This document shows, one piece after another, positions 21,232 to 34,460 of a DNA stretch of 64,000 nt. Every line of letters begins with the position of its first letter. The stretch's first letter is position 1. The DNA is from Azolla caroliniana (taxonomy: Eukaryota; Plantae; Polypodiophyta). The notes below the pieces were generated by a model. That model worked only from the letters and a program-made list of their open reading frames with translations. It was not told the origin of the DNA and did not search any database. The stretch covers positions 5,766,001-5,830,000 of the forward strand of contig JBHGNT010000008.1 of NCBI GenBank assembly GCA_043228905.1, in the 5' to 3' direction. A program made the position numbers and the translations under genes.

Positions 21232-24200
21232 ATGGAGCAACGTGTCCTCCTCCGCTCCACCCCTGCTTCTGCCCTGAAACGGAGCAGGTTGCTCCACCAG
21301 CAGCTTCTTCAATTGTCTTCTCCCTGCAGAAGGAAGCTCAGGCTTCGAACCATTCTTGCCACCAGGTAATTTTGGAGAGAGAGAGAGAAATAGAAATAGA
21401 ACCTCTTTGGAGACTCTTATCATGTCATTGCTCCCAAAATCCTTTTCCTTATTCATATGTTTGTTTTTCTTTCTTTCAGTAGTCGTCCTGAAAACAAAAG
21501 AGAGAGAGAGAGAGAGAGAGAAAGATAGATATGATTGTCTTGGGAAGTCAAATATGACCTATGAGACCAAAAATGTTACATTTCACATAACACATGTGAA
21601 AGTGAGTAGAAACCCTTAGATGTTCAAGAAAGAGAGAGTTGTATTAATGTCCAACACCCACCAGAGTTTGAACTCAAGGAACTATGTTACTAGTCAAGCA
21701 CAATGGTTTCCATTACTTAATTTAATGATGTATGCAAAAAAAGACACACCCAATTATGACTATCAAGTACAATGTATATGCATACACCCCGTCGAGAGCA
21801 ATGAGCTCAAGTTACAATCTCTATGTGTGTGTATTTGGTAGAAATTGCACACTTTATAATGATCATTAGTAAACCCTGGTTCAGTTGTTGATGGGGACCA
21901 GTACATTCTATGACAGGTTGGATCTATGTGACAGAGCCTATCCCAGGCAATCACCCTCCATCCTAAACCCCTCCCAACCCCTGTTGCCAAACTGGAACAT
22001 GTACAACATCCATCCTAAACTGCTTCTAACTCCGTTGCCAAAACCATAGCAGTTGGAATCTAGAATTATTATACATGTACTGATTCCCAAGCAAGAAACC
22101 ACATTCATTTTTAGCCCTCCACATATAAAACAATCTTCAAGAATGCATATATGTCACCATAATTGTTGCAACATTCTAACCAACACGTGAATCCATGAAC
22201 TAATAATCTCATCCTAAAAAATGATACCAAATCTTATGTTATACACTAGATGATTTGTGAATGAGTTCCTAATACTGAGAAAGAGATGCTAAAGAGATTT
22301 TGGAGTTTATAAATCCTGTAAATTTAACAGGTAAAATAATGGAAAGTATCCACCTTGCTATAGACTAAATGCGTCATAACCATGATGTCTTTTATGTGGC
22401 TCTTGAATATCCCCAACATATACCACTTATTTAGAAAGGATTATTATATTTAACTTGTTGCACAAGATTGGTACATGAAATACCATATTTTCTAGAAGAT
22501 TGGTACATGAAATACCATATTTTCTAGAGTATTGAGCAGCATATCTATGCTCTTTTCTATTAATCTATTCAAGCAATGCCATCAAACTTTTTGATAAGTT
22601 AAGAGACTGCCTCTGTAGATTCCTCACTCTACTGTGGAATTGAAGCAAATTTGAGCTGGTGTGTGCATTTGATTCCTTCTGCAAATAATGATATGGTAAT
22701 CTGAATGGATTATCCCATCACTGATGATGAAGAGAAGCTGGAGACATACTATATGGGTTGATTTGCATTATTTCTGGATATGAAACAATACAAAGATTCT
22801 CCTTTGTGTAGGAGTGAAAGATAGTGATAATATGCCTCTGTGATAAATGCCAATTTGTTTATGGATGTGCTTCTATGTACTGGAGGTTGTGTAATTGCAG
22901 ATATATGTTTTTTGATAATTTTGTAAATAGGCATTTACAATCCTCATAAGTATATTCTTGGATTTACTTGTTTCATACAGTTGTAGACATATGCTTGTAA
23001 ATGTTTTTGTGCTATACTTGTAGATAATTTTACGCATAGCCAGTTATATCCCTCTTATGAGTAAATGCTTGATGTTTTACATATGCGTACATGGTTGTAG
23101 ACAATTTTGTACACAGGTTACATTCCCCATATGGGTATGGGATGTATGTTGATGTTTTACATATGTGCATATAATTATAGACGGTTATCTACATAGAAGT
23201 TGCATTCTTCATATGGTCAATGCTTGTATGTTGATGTTTTGAATATGTGAATATCGTTAAAGGCAATTTTCTTCATGGACAGTTACATCCCTTAATTGGG
23301 TATCTGCTTGTATCCACATGAGGCTCATATTTTTCAATAGTTTTAGATATCTGTTTGTAGTTATGTTTGTATTTAGACAGTTACATTCCTCGTGAGGGTG
23401 AATGCTTGTATGCCCATGTTTCATACATTTCTATATTGGTTTAAATAGATGCTTGCAGATAATTTGTACATAGGCAGTTACATACCCTCTATGGGTATAT
23501 TCACTAATATGTGCTGACTGCATGAACTGCTCTAACATTGAATTGGCTTGTTACAGGAGTCTGAGAAAATACTCAAACTCTATCAAAGACAGTGAGAAGT
23601 TTTCCTTGAGTAAGCGGAAAGGGAGGGGTGAAACTTTTTGCAGTATCCAAAAATGGTCATTTCGAAGGACATTCTATGACTCATGCCAAGCAATATTTTC
23701 TGTCCCAAAAGTACGTGATCTAGCTCCCTTTCTATGGCATATTCTATTGTCCTTTGACGCCATCAATAAATAAACAATGTATTTCAGGAACAAGTATTGG
23801 ATACTAACATAAAATGGGAGGCAATTCCAGACTATCCAGAAGCTGTCCAAGGTGTGCATTATTATTGGATCCACATATCCCTCAAAGTTCTTATGACCTT
23901 GAATGAAAAATTGGGGGCTGGGGGATCACTCATCAGGGGGTGGTTTTTTAGAGATTCTTTTACATATTATTTACATATAGAGAATATTACCATTTATGGC
24001 ATATACAGATATTGAATGGGAAAAGGGTGCATACGATTTATGAGGCTGTCGAATGCAAGTGACATAAGCAGTTGAATAGGGTACCATTTAAAGGGGAGTA
24101 CATAGTTTGAATTTTAAAAATATGCTGCAAAAGGGGACATACATAGATTGAACTCCAAAATGGTACTTTTTATTCATGGAAATCCACATGAGTCCTTTTT

Positions 24201-27200
24201 TTAAATTGCTGTAGAGCACACACATTATAAATATTTCACATATGTTGTTCCTATAGAGTAATTCTGGCATATGAAATTGTTTAGCACTTTGTTGGACATA
24301 TGTGGCATCTTGCCTTGTGGAGCGAGCTTGGCGATTTGCTTTGCCTGCATTGTTGGCATCAATGTCCGAAAACCTTTTACCGGTGGCGCTTAATAGCTTT
24401 GTAAGCCAGGTAAGGATACAGATATTTTGCATGCTTTAAACTTTGTTGTTGGGTTGCATGTTCACCACAACGTGATACTGAATATTCTTTTTCCTCTGCA
24501 GTTGTTTGTGTTTATCGGAGGCCCATTTGTAGGCTTATTAATGGATTCCAAGCCCAGGGGATTTGCTTTCATATTGCTTAGCCTCATGCAGGTGGAGATT
24601 GTTGTAAAATCTTGCATATTGGTTAAATAGTGTACTAAATTGTGAAGCTCATTAAAGAAGGGATTTGATTTCATGCTAGACAGTGTCTGTACTTATCTCC
24701 GCAACCATGATTCTATATGCTATCAAGAATGGGGTGATAGTAGGTGTCTCTGTGCTTTCACTGGTTGCACAGCCATGGTTTCTAGTTCTTGTACTTGCAA
24801 GTGCAGTCGATCGTATCACTGGCTTAGCAACAGGTGTTGCTTTCGAACGTGATTGGGTAATACTGGTAAGATTTTGTCTTTAGCCTTGCATATTGTTTCA
24901 CATTGTTTCTAGATCTTGAACAATTCATGATATATTGTAGATTAAATGTAATTTGCACATGTAATATTGAGCATATCATCTTTATAAATCCCCTCGAGGC
25001 GTTAGAATCAAATCCATCATTATATTAAGATATCTGATGTAAAACTCGAAACAAAAATGCCTGCTACATGGTACAAATGCCTCCAAAGTATGAGACAGGT
25101 TAGAATAAAAACCTTTAAAACATGGAAGTATGTGATATTAAAAATTTTCAAAAAATAGGTCAGCCAAAGGTACAAAATGCCTCTAAATTTTGGGATATTC
25201 TAGAATAAAAACTTTCAAATTATATTCTAGAATAAAATTGTGATCAAAGGTTTTTCACCTTCTAGTTATATTTTTTTCTTTTTGAAAAATGTTTTTTAAA
25301 TTTTCTATTGGAATTTAAAGCTTGCAGGACAAACACGCACTGTAGCATTAGCAAAGGCCAATGCAATGCTAAGACGGGTTGACTTAGTTTGTGATGTGAG
25401 TTTGTTTGTTCTTTGGTAATAATTTAATCCCATCAAGAATTGAATTCTGCTAGTTTTCAATGTCATCTATATAAGCGTTTGCAGATCATTGGTCCATTTC
25501 TATTTGGTGTGGCTCTGTCAAATTACAAACCAACTACTTGTGTGCTGATGACATGTACTACTGCCGTGGTTTCAATCCCTATTCTTGTAAGAGATAATCA
25601 TTTTGTGTCCACTATAATGTGTTACCACTTTTGTATTTTTGTAGTTAAATGTAAATATGGAATTCCTCTCTTTTATCTCTTGACATGTAGGTGATTCAGT
25701 GTAGATTAATATTAATTATGTTTCATCATAAAAAAACTTCAATATTTTCAGTAATTGATGGTTAGTTGGTTTTATCCCCAACCTTGTAGCGATGGTATTT
25801 TTGTTCATTTATCTTTTATCCTTTTTGTGTTTGTAGCTCATGTGAATTAACAGGATTTGAATTTTTAATATAATATTTAGTCTCTGAACATTTGTCTTTC
25901 TTTGGTCCTTGCACATGTACCAAATTTAGTCTAGGTGAATAATAATGAACTTTCATGGAAAATTTTCAATGTTTTCTGTGAAGATATGTCTAGTTGACTC
26001 CCCATCCTCATATGATATGGTCTTCTTTATACACACACGTATATGTGACAATTTCTGTGATTCTGTTGATGCATTATTAGGAAGTGTAATTAATTCAGTC
26101 TAGATAAGTTAGGTACAAAATCTTATTCAAGACATGATTGGATGTATATATACATTTTTTCAAGGTGTTAATAGGCTTATTCTTCTGGCAGATACTAATG
26201 GTTAGACGTACCTACAGCCTTTCAAATGGAGTTCTTGACAGGCCAAACCAATTAACTCAGAACAGGCTAAAGTTTTCTCTAGGTCACTGCTCTTCTAAAT
26301 ATGAAAATTACATTGGATTAAATTACTCTCTTATTTTATTAGTTTATTTTTTGTGCTATACAGGTCTAGAGGCTTTTACGGAAGGTTGGTCAAAATATTT
26401 GATACAGCCTATGTTACCTGCTAGCATTGCTTATGTTCTCCTCTCTTTCAATGCCGTCCTTGCCCCGAGTGGACTTATGACTACCTTTCTAACACAGCGT
26501 TGTAAGCAAATCCTCCAAAAAATCCAGTTTTGATTGATTTCAGCTGAAAATAAGTTTGGTAGATTTCTCGAGAAGTTTAGGCAATACGCTTGTCATCCGA
26601 TCTCACTTCGGAATGCCTTGGAGTTCTTTAGAAATTCATAGAGTATCCTTTTATCTAGAATATTCCGTAATGATGATGTCATGTGATTGAGGTTTGGAGT
26701 ACTGTGGATGTCTCTAGAAGTTATAGAATGTCTGGAGATATTTGAAGAATGGTGATGTCATGCAATCATATCACACGATTCTTGCTCTTTCCCCAGAAGT
26801 TTCTGAAATATTCTGGAACGAGGATTTCATGTGATCTTAGAGATTTGCCTTAAATATTCTAGATGACTGTACAATGTGATCTTAGTTTGGAATGCTGTGA
26901 AGTTCTCTGGAATGTTCTAGGACGACAATGACGTGATTCTAGTTCGGAAAACCTTGGAATTCTTATGGAGTACAGATTTTCTAGGTGCTTCTAAATGTTT
27001 ATAGAATGGTGGTGGCATATGATCTTAGTTAAGTATCAATACCTTGAAGTTCTATTCTGGCAATGTCATGTGATCTTAATTGATTTATGTTGTAGTTCCC
27101 TAGAAGTTTCTGGAATAGTCTATAATGATGATTTACTCCAAAGTTACTGTCTCCTCACAGGTCTGAATCCTGCTGTTATTGGTTCATATCGTGGACTATG

Positions 27201-28332
27201 TGCGTTAATGGGCTTTCTTGCCACTTATTTGGGTTCTTCTCTCATCAGCAAACTTGGAGCCCTTAAGGTGACCATGATTGGTGTTTCTTTTGTTACCTTA
27301 ACTAATTATCATTATTATGTGAATCAAAATTATAACTAAACTTCAATTAAAACATTAGTGTTTCATTATTGTTTGGATATGAGTGGATTATGTTTTTATT
27401 TGCTGTATCAAGTTTTCGTTCCATATACCTTCAATGTGCATAAATATGGTTTTGTTTCCTCACTTCAGGCTGGAGTTGTATCATTAACATGCCAAGCTTT
27501 GTTACTGAGTCTGGCAGTCATGCTCTATTTTGTTGGCCCGATGGAAACGCAACTGACATTATTCATTTTTTTGGCTTTGGTGGTAAGGTCTTCTTATATT
27601 TGTGTAAAAGTCGCTGATATACTGATTATTATTTTGAGGAAATTCCCAAAAAGCTATACAAATTCTCAACGATAAAAAACCAAAGTGCTATGGGCTAAAC
27701 TGTAGATCTGTTAAGTGGAGTAATTGGTGCTCTGATTACCACTGATTTTGAATTTATAAGGGCTGAGTGTAAATCTGATTTGGGTTTAATTTATGCTTGT
27801 TGGTGCTTGGTTGGGGAGATTTAGTGGCTGATTTGACATGATTAATGTTTCATTAGGGTGATTAATGCTTTGATTGAGGATGTGTGATGTTGAAGTAGAG
27901 CTGATTAGCACTATTTTAAAAAATATTCGATGGCATTTTGGGAATTTTTATCGAATAGGATAAACCATATTATTACCTATCATTTTATCTGTGCTCTAAC
28001 TGAATCAAATATACCTTGAAACAGAAACATTTGATTGCATGTGCTGTCTGTAGATTTTGTCGCGATTAGGGCATTGGGCATACGACATGGTGATTGCCCA
28101 AATCTTCCAAACTGCTGTGCCGCAACCAAGTGCAAACATAGTGAGCTCTGTTGAGATGTCATTGGCTAGCTTTGCAGAGTTGATAATGCTCACAGTTGCA
28201 ATCGTCGTCAATGACGTAGCACATTTTGGCAGCCTTTCTTTACTGTCCATGTCGGCTGTTGTTGGAGCTACTGTCTTGTATTGGAGTTGGGTATCGAAAC
28301 CATCGACCAGAGCATACTTCAAAGAACAGTAG
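21232..28332 (+). CDS. IREG3: Ferroportin / SLC40 transporter, IREG3/MAR1-like plastid-type, 552 aa
   Basis: Exons 21232-21365, 23557-23710, 23788-23851, 24285-24409, 24502-24591, 24680-24865, 25321-25395, 25485-25586, 26192-26282, 26364-26501, 27161-27267, 27469-27582, 28054-28332; all introns GT-AG, total 1659 nt in frame. Motifs GGPFVGLLMD, GVAFERDWVILLAG, ALAKANAMLRRVDL, QPMLPASIAYVLL, LSRLGHWAYD. The first two exons (Arg/Ser-rich transit-like) are less certain. Confidence 0.9.
22975..23500. repeat. Degenerate ~75-85 bp tandem repeat in ferroportin intron 1
   Basis: Recurring GTAGA(T/C)AATTTT...CAGTTACAT(T/C)CC...ATG(A/G)GT...ATGCTTG(T)ATG, about 6-7 copies. Confidence 0.75.
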
Positions 28333-30649
28333 CCAAAATTTCTTGTTTCGAGAAACAAGTACTCTCTGGGCTCTATCCTGCGGCACAATTGGAGGTCTGG
28401 GATTGAGTTTTTTGAAAGTTGAATATAACATTTTGGTTCTCATTGGAATCAAATTTTGATAATGTATTATATAATGTAATGGCTTGGAACCTCAGATAGA
28501 TATATAATAAATAATGAGGAAGAGCTATTTAGTAAGTCTATTGTTACAAGAGAAGTCTACTTTTAAAGTGGTGTCTTGAATCATTTCCATGAAATTTGGA
28601 TCCATTTTAGAGATTACCTTCTCATGCAAACAGAGTTTGGGACATAGTCTTATGAGCCACTGGGGTGTCATCAAATCACACTTCACTTTTAAGGACCCTT
28701 TGCACTAAACCTGAAACCCTAAACTAAAAACAAACATGTTGCTTTCAAATAGCTACTGGCTAATATAGACCATTGCTCTCATTTCTCTACATCTTTTACT
28801 TTGGCAAATAATGATATCTCTTTACAGACAATCATTATTAGCTACCTACCAACAATTTACTCTTTTAAATGACTTAATCATTTTGTTTGTCGCAGTTTCT
28901 AGTGCGTGGTATTTCTTTACACTTAAAACTCTTGTTCTTGGGTGACCATGAAATCATCAGAATGGACAAACATTCTTGAACCTTATTTTGGGACATGCTA
29001 TGATAGTGTTGCATTGTAGTTAGTACCATTTAGTATGGTGGTTCAACAACTTATGATCTAATTTATGCTCAATTCAGTTTTGTTCATCGCCTTGTATTGT
29101 TTGTATGCCTATTATTCACACATTTGCCAAACATAAGCAATCTTTTGCATTCAACCTTCCTAGATAATGCAATTTCCATAAATCCCTTAAAATCTCTTTG
29201 TTCATAATTTAACAATGTTGTCCGATATAAGAATCCTACACAACGTGGCACCCCTGTGAAGAAAGCTTGATGAAGCTCAAATTTGAGAAGTTTGTGCTTA
29301 GACACACACAAAAGTCAAGACTATTGTGTGCTAGGAGAAGAGTTCACAATCCCCCTTGATATATATAATATGGGTAGTTAAAAGTGAAATCACTCTAGCT
29401 TTTATAAGTAATGGACTCTTCCTAGGAAGACACAAAAGCTTATTTCCCTTTATTTTCATTGCATGCTCAATGAAGAAAAATGAAAAATGAAGTGAGTCAA
29501 ACATATGTTTGTATGCATCTCCACATGCTTATCATGAACGCCAAGGTATATATATGTATATATAAACGTGGATTGAGGTGACTTCCATCTACAAGGTTGA
29601 GGATACAAAACTCTACCAAATTGTTGGGTGATCATTTTGTACCTTCATTTCCAAGTGAAATTTGAAATATAAGGACAGTCAAAAGAAAGTAAAACACAAT
29701 CATTTATGAGATAATGAATGACCTTGTGATGCTTATAAGCTAATATGAAATTGCCTTATATTTGCATATTTATATCTAGCGCTTCCGTATGTTACAGTTT
29801 TGAAGGACAAATAAACCAAACAAATTCTTAAGTGAGCAAACACATCCAAAGTGATAGATGGATAGCCATTTCCTTGTTTCAACCCCACTCAATCATTCAT
29901 CATTAATGAATCAATAGTTGCGTAATGATTCACCTTATTAAAATTTTCATGTGGTCTTTATCATCTACACATATCACAATTTAGAGTAATGGATATCAAT
30001 GCACAAAGCATGTCTTATATGCCATTATGAATTCAAAGTAGTGTCGAATTCACATGTTTTGACCTAGTATTGTTCCGCACTAACCCTTCCTTCCAAAAAT
30101 ATCAAGTGTTGCATTTTATAGTTTAAGGTTTTCTCATGGTCTTGAAGTGGACCTATCTTTGGCTTGTGGACTCTTGAGATTATGTCTAATTTCACCAAAG
30201 ACCCGTTATATTGAGAATTTGAAACAAACCTTTATTTTATCACAAATAGCCAATATCTACCTTGATATTTGCTTGTACACCACACAAATGCACCTACCCT
30301 TATGTCCTATTGATTCCTTGAGATAATAAAAATTTCCACATGCCCCTCATTATTCCTTCTACTCAGAAAAAATCACAGAGGTAATGATAACATCCTAGAT
30401 AAAATATAAACAATATTTTATAATCACAAAATGAATTTTCAAATAGAAGCAATTTATTCACAACTTTAATATCCAAAACATATAAACAATTCAAGTTGAA
30501 TACAAAACCTTATAGTCAAAGTGATATTGGATCATCAAAAGTTGGATCTTGCCTATCTCGTCAACCCATTACCATAAGTGGTTCAAACATCTCGATCTTT
30601 ATGATTGTGACATTATATCTCCCTCTCTCTACTTGTGGTATTTAAAGAA

Positions 30650-32350
30650 CAATGGAAAGTCAACGTTTTGTTGGGCAATGCATGCTTGAGACATGTTGAT
30701 AGAACACAAGATGATGATTTAAGTGGACAAGACAAATATAAGACAATCCTTCCTTTTTGCAAACACTCGTGTCATCTTAAAGCATGTGAATACATGTTTG
30801 AACAGTGTTTCCATTTATATTACTTATAAGTTGTCATGTCTACCAATGCTTTTCCATTAGTAGATTTGGTATAGCTAAAGAAGTATAGTTCATCTGCAAT
30901 AAAAACATGAACACATTAAATGAATGAATATCATTTAAGGACTGCCATACTCATTCATTGTTTGCAAACAACTTCCATAGGTTTCCAAAATGATGCAACG
31001 GAAAATGATGCAATTTCTAATGTAATTTGATTAATATAAAAGTTTCGTTTCTTAGCATCATATGATCACACACACAAACCCATGAACCAATATACTCGAA
31101 AGAATCCATCTAATTAGCAAGCATAGTTAGATCCGTGTATAAATAAGGCATGGTCTAGAAAAGAGATCTTTAGTTTAAATGGATCAAAAAAGCGTTGTGA
31201 CATTTTGTCATTAGTAGAAACTGTCTAATTTCAATATTGCATATAAAAAACTCATGAATCTAAAAACATGTTGATCACTAACTAGCTTTGGAAATGTTAT
31301 AACATTTTGTAAATGAACTTTGCAAATTTCAATTGTAAGACCAATGAACTTCTTTCGAGGGCCTTGTTTGCAAACCAAGTAAATGAAGTAGCATGCTTCC
31401 CGTTGTTTTTATATTCATTCATAAGACTCTCAAATGTCCTATTGCACTTACTAGATTGAGTTCCTTTTTTATTATAATCATCCTCTTTATTAAATCCTCG
31501 AAGCTCGTAAAAATGATATACAAAGAATTAATGCTAGAAACAATCGTAGTTGATAGATGGTGCTGCCACAATGTACGGCAATTTTTGAACAATTGAGACA
31601 ATGACTATGACGTCCATTCAATGTTACTTTCATGACCTAGAGGCCAAAAAATCATGCAAACGCGTGAAGCTTTAGCGAATCATTGAAGAGATAGAAGTAG
31701 GACTTGTATGCTACCCATCAACTCTACACAAACTTCAAATAAGTGAGAATAACAACCCAAAGTAGTCCAAACACTATTTAAGCATATTGTAATTCTAGTA
31801 GATTTCTTTGCTTAAATTAACAAACATATTAAGATATGTAATGTTTGTTGTGATCCATCCTATAAGGACCATCCTGAGAGTCATGCTTGGACAACTTTTT
31901 ATTTGATTTAAAGCATTGTTTGAGGTTCTTGAACAAACATTCAATGGAAGCAAGTCATTGATGAATGTTCTTGTGTTACATCATTAAAGCTAAAACTGGG
32001 ATTGAGTAAAACATTGTAAGGCACAAAACTTATTTAGATAATATAAAACAATTATGCATTCTTAGGCTTGCCAACACATGTATGGAACCACCAAGTCTAA
32101 GTGGAGCTAATTTGCATGTTTTTTTGTGTATATAGGCTCTCATAAATTTAGGCAAAAATAAGGAATTGTACTCCATACTAGTGTGATGTAGTTTTGGAGT
32201 TATACATATATGATATATGTACGAAAGTTTACTCCATGGCCTCTTTATAATGAATGTCAGCATCCCAACGTACAACACATGCTTATCAATAACCACTTGA
32301 AGATATAGGGGCATCAATTCATGATACCTTAAGTTACACAAACTCAATGT
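30650..32350 (-). pseudogene. Possible highly decayed DNA-transposon (hAT-like) coding remnant
   Basis: Scattered minus-strand peptide fragments (KLAPLRLGGSIHVLA; MGSIQVLLLSLQ*FAKASRVCMIF; HLNHHLVF) loosely follow the hAT motif order. Weak, by eye only. Confidence 0.3.
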
Positions 32351-33432
32351 GGCCGTATTCAATGGTCAATCTATTAGGTTTTCATCAAAACTCGAAAAAA
32401 CATTGATGCTAAATATTACGAGATGTATTTACATTCTCATAGTCTACAACCATAAGATAAACATTTGTGTGATCCATCTATGGTTGAACCCTCGTCTCAA
32501 AAGAGTGATCAAACCGACCTGCGGACTATGTTACATGGTATTTTTTGTAGCCAAGCTCCAATAAAGAGCATTGTGTAGTCATAATATTATTGGAGCTTGG
32601 CTAAAAAATAGCTAACAACATTACTCAACATATGGTCATATAATGGTGTACCAATAAGACAATGATTGTCAATTGGTGGGGTTGAGGTGAATTGTAATAT
32701 GCATGCACCTCACAACCCAACACATTACGAGGCGAGGATACTCCTTTGTTTGGGTCCCATTGGTCATGACTATAATACATCATTATCACACACTCTCTCT
32801 ATCTAACGATCGTAAAATAGTGACACTACGAAAGTAATACATTGTTTGTTGCGTGCAAATCTAACCCCATGAGGGTAGGTGCAAGAAGACAAGAAAAGCA
32901 ATTTGAATGAGCAAAAAGCAATTTTCTGGCTAGGCACGAGCATTGTGAAAACAAGAGGTGTGTTGTATATTTACCGACACAAAATGTGTTTTCATTTGAG
33001 AGTCAAATAATAGCCAAATGCACCTCATTGTTGGCATGGTGCGTTGCTCTTTCGGATACCCAGAGAAACGTCGGGTTTGGCCTGACACTCCTTTCGGTGT
33101 GGCATTCCATAAGTGTGCTCTTATTACAAGTATGGGGATTTGCGTACAGATCTTTTGTCCATGCTTACCCATAAAAAACTACAATTTCGGGATATCTACA
33201 TGCATAGCACAGATTCACATTGAAAGGACCATTGGTGGGGATGACCCTGACACGGGCAGGTGCTTTGATGGGTGGAGCGGGAGGGAAGGCATGAGAAATG
33301 GTGGAGGCTACTCTCTCGTCCATTTCACATGCCAAGTCTCGGTGTGCATGTTTTTCTTTCATGTTGTCGACAAGGATCTCGACGAGTGGATGTGTTCTTT
33401 TTTTGACCGGTAAAAGAGAAGCCACAAGACAT

Positions 33433-33435
<3 letters not shown>

Positions 33436-33489
<54 letters not shown>

Positions 33490-33628
33490 CCTAGCTAGTT
33501 AGAACTTAGTACCCCCACCCACCCATCATCATCCCATGGGCCATGCCATGTCTCATGGGACCATGGAGCATCATCATCATCACCATACCACCACCATCAT
33601 CATATCATTATCATCACCATCATCATCA

Positions 33629-33673
<45 letters not shown>

Positions 33674-33995
33674 GTATGATTGGATTGTGGATGGATATGT
33701 AAAAGGAAGGAGAGGATGTCATACTCATCCTCATTATCTCAGTCTCCATCACCATGACTATCATCATCATGGTGTCACCATCACCATCACCATCACCATC
33801 ACCATAGCCATAGCCATAGCCACCATAGCCATAGCCATCATCCATCCCCATGACTCATCATCCATGAACCATCCCCATGATTCATCATCCATCCCCATAG
33901 CCATCATCCATCCACATGACTCATCATCCATCCCCATAATTCATCATCCATGAATCACCATAGCCATATCATCCATCACCATGATTCATCATCAT
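33436..33995. repeat. (GA)n tract followed by (CAT)n/(CATCAC)n/(CATAGC)n low-complexity region upstream of the HD-ZIP gene
   Basis: Direct reading; (GA)22 at about 33436-33480 and a long CAT run at 33630-33672. Confidence 0.93.
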
Positions 33996-34460
33996 ATGAG
34001 GTGGGTGAATGCATATATATATGTGTGTGGGATATGATGGGCACTCATGATGTTGAAGCATGATGGGCTCCACCATTTCTGCGCTACAATTCACGATGAA
34101 CCATCCTTTTCTTCAATCATGGCAAGACAAAATCTCTGTTAGTATATATGCATACCTACATAGCTAAGCCTTTTATCAGACACACAGATATACATACATT
34201 ATAATTTATACATACATACATATATATATGTATATATATATGTCTATGTCTGTGTTAGGGTTTTGTATGATCTGATTGGTTACCCCTGTTTCCTTCTGGT
34301 GGCCTCCTTCAGCCCTCACCATCATTCATTACAGGGTTTAGGGTGGATCCTCTGTTCTTTCCCTGATCTCTTCTTTTCTTTCTCTGATTTGTTAAATTAG
34401 GTCTTTCTGTAGCCAAGAAGAGATATACATAGCCGCTGCTTCAATCTGTGTGCAAGAATA

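Noticed and set aside
22619-22760. Extra ferroportin exon(s) in intron 1
   Set aside because: The candidate acceptor at 22618 gives a stop in the required phase, and the model is in frame without it.
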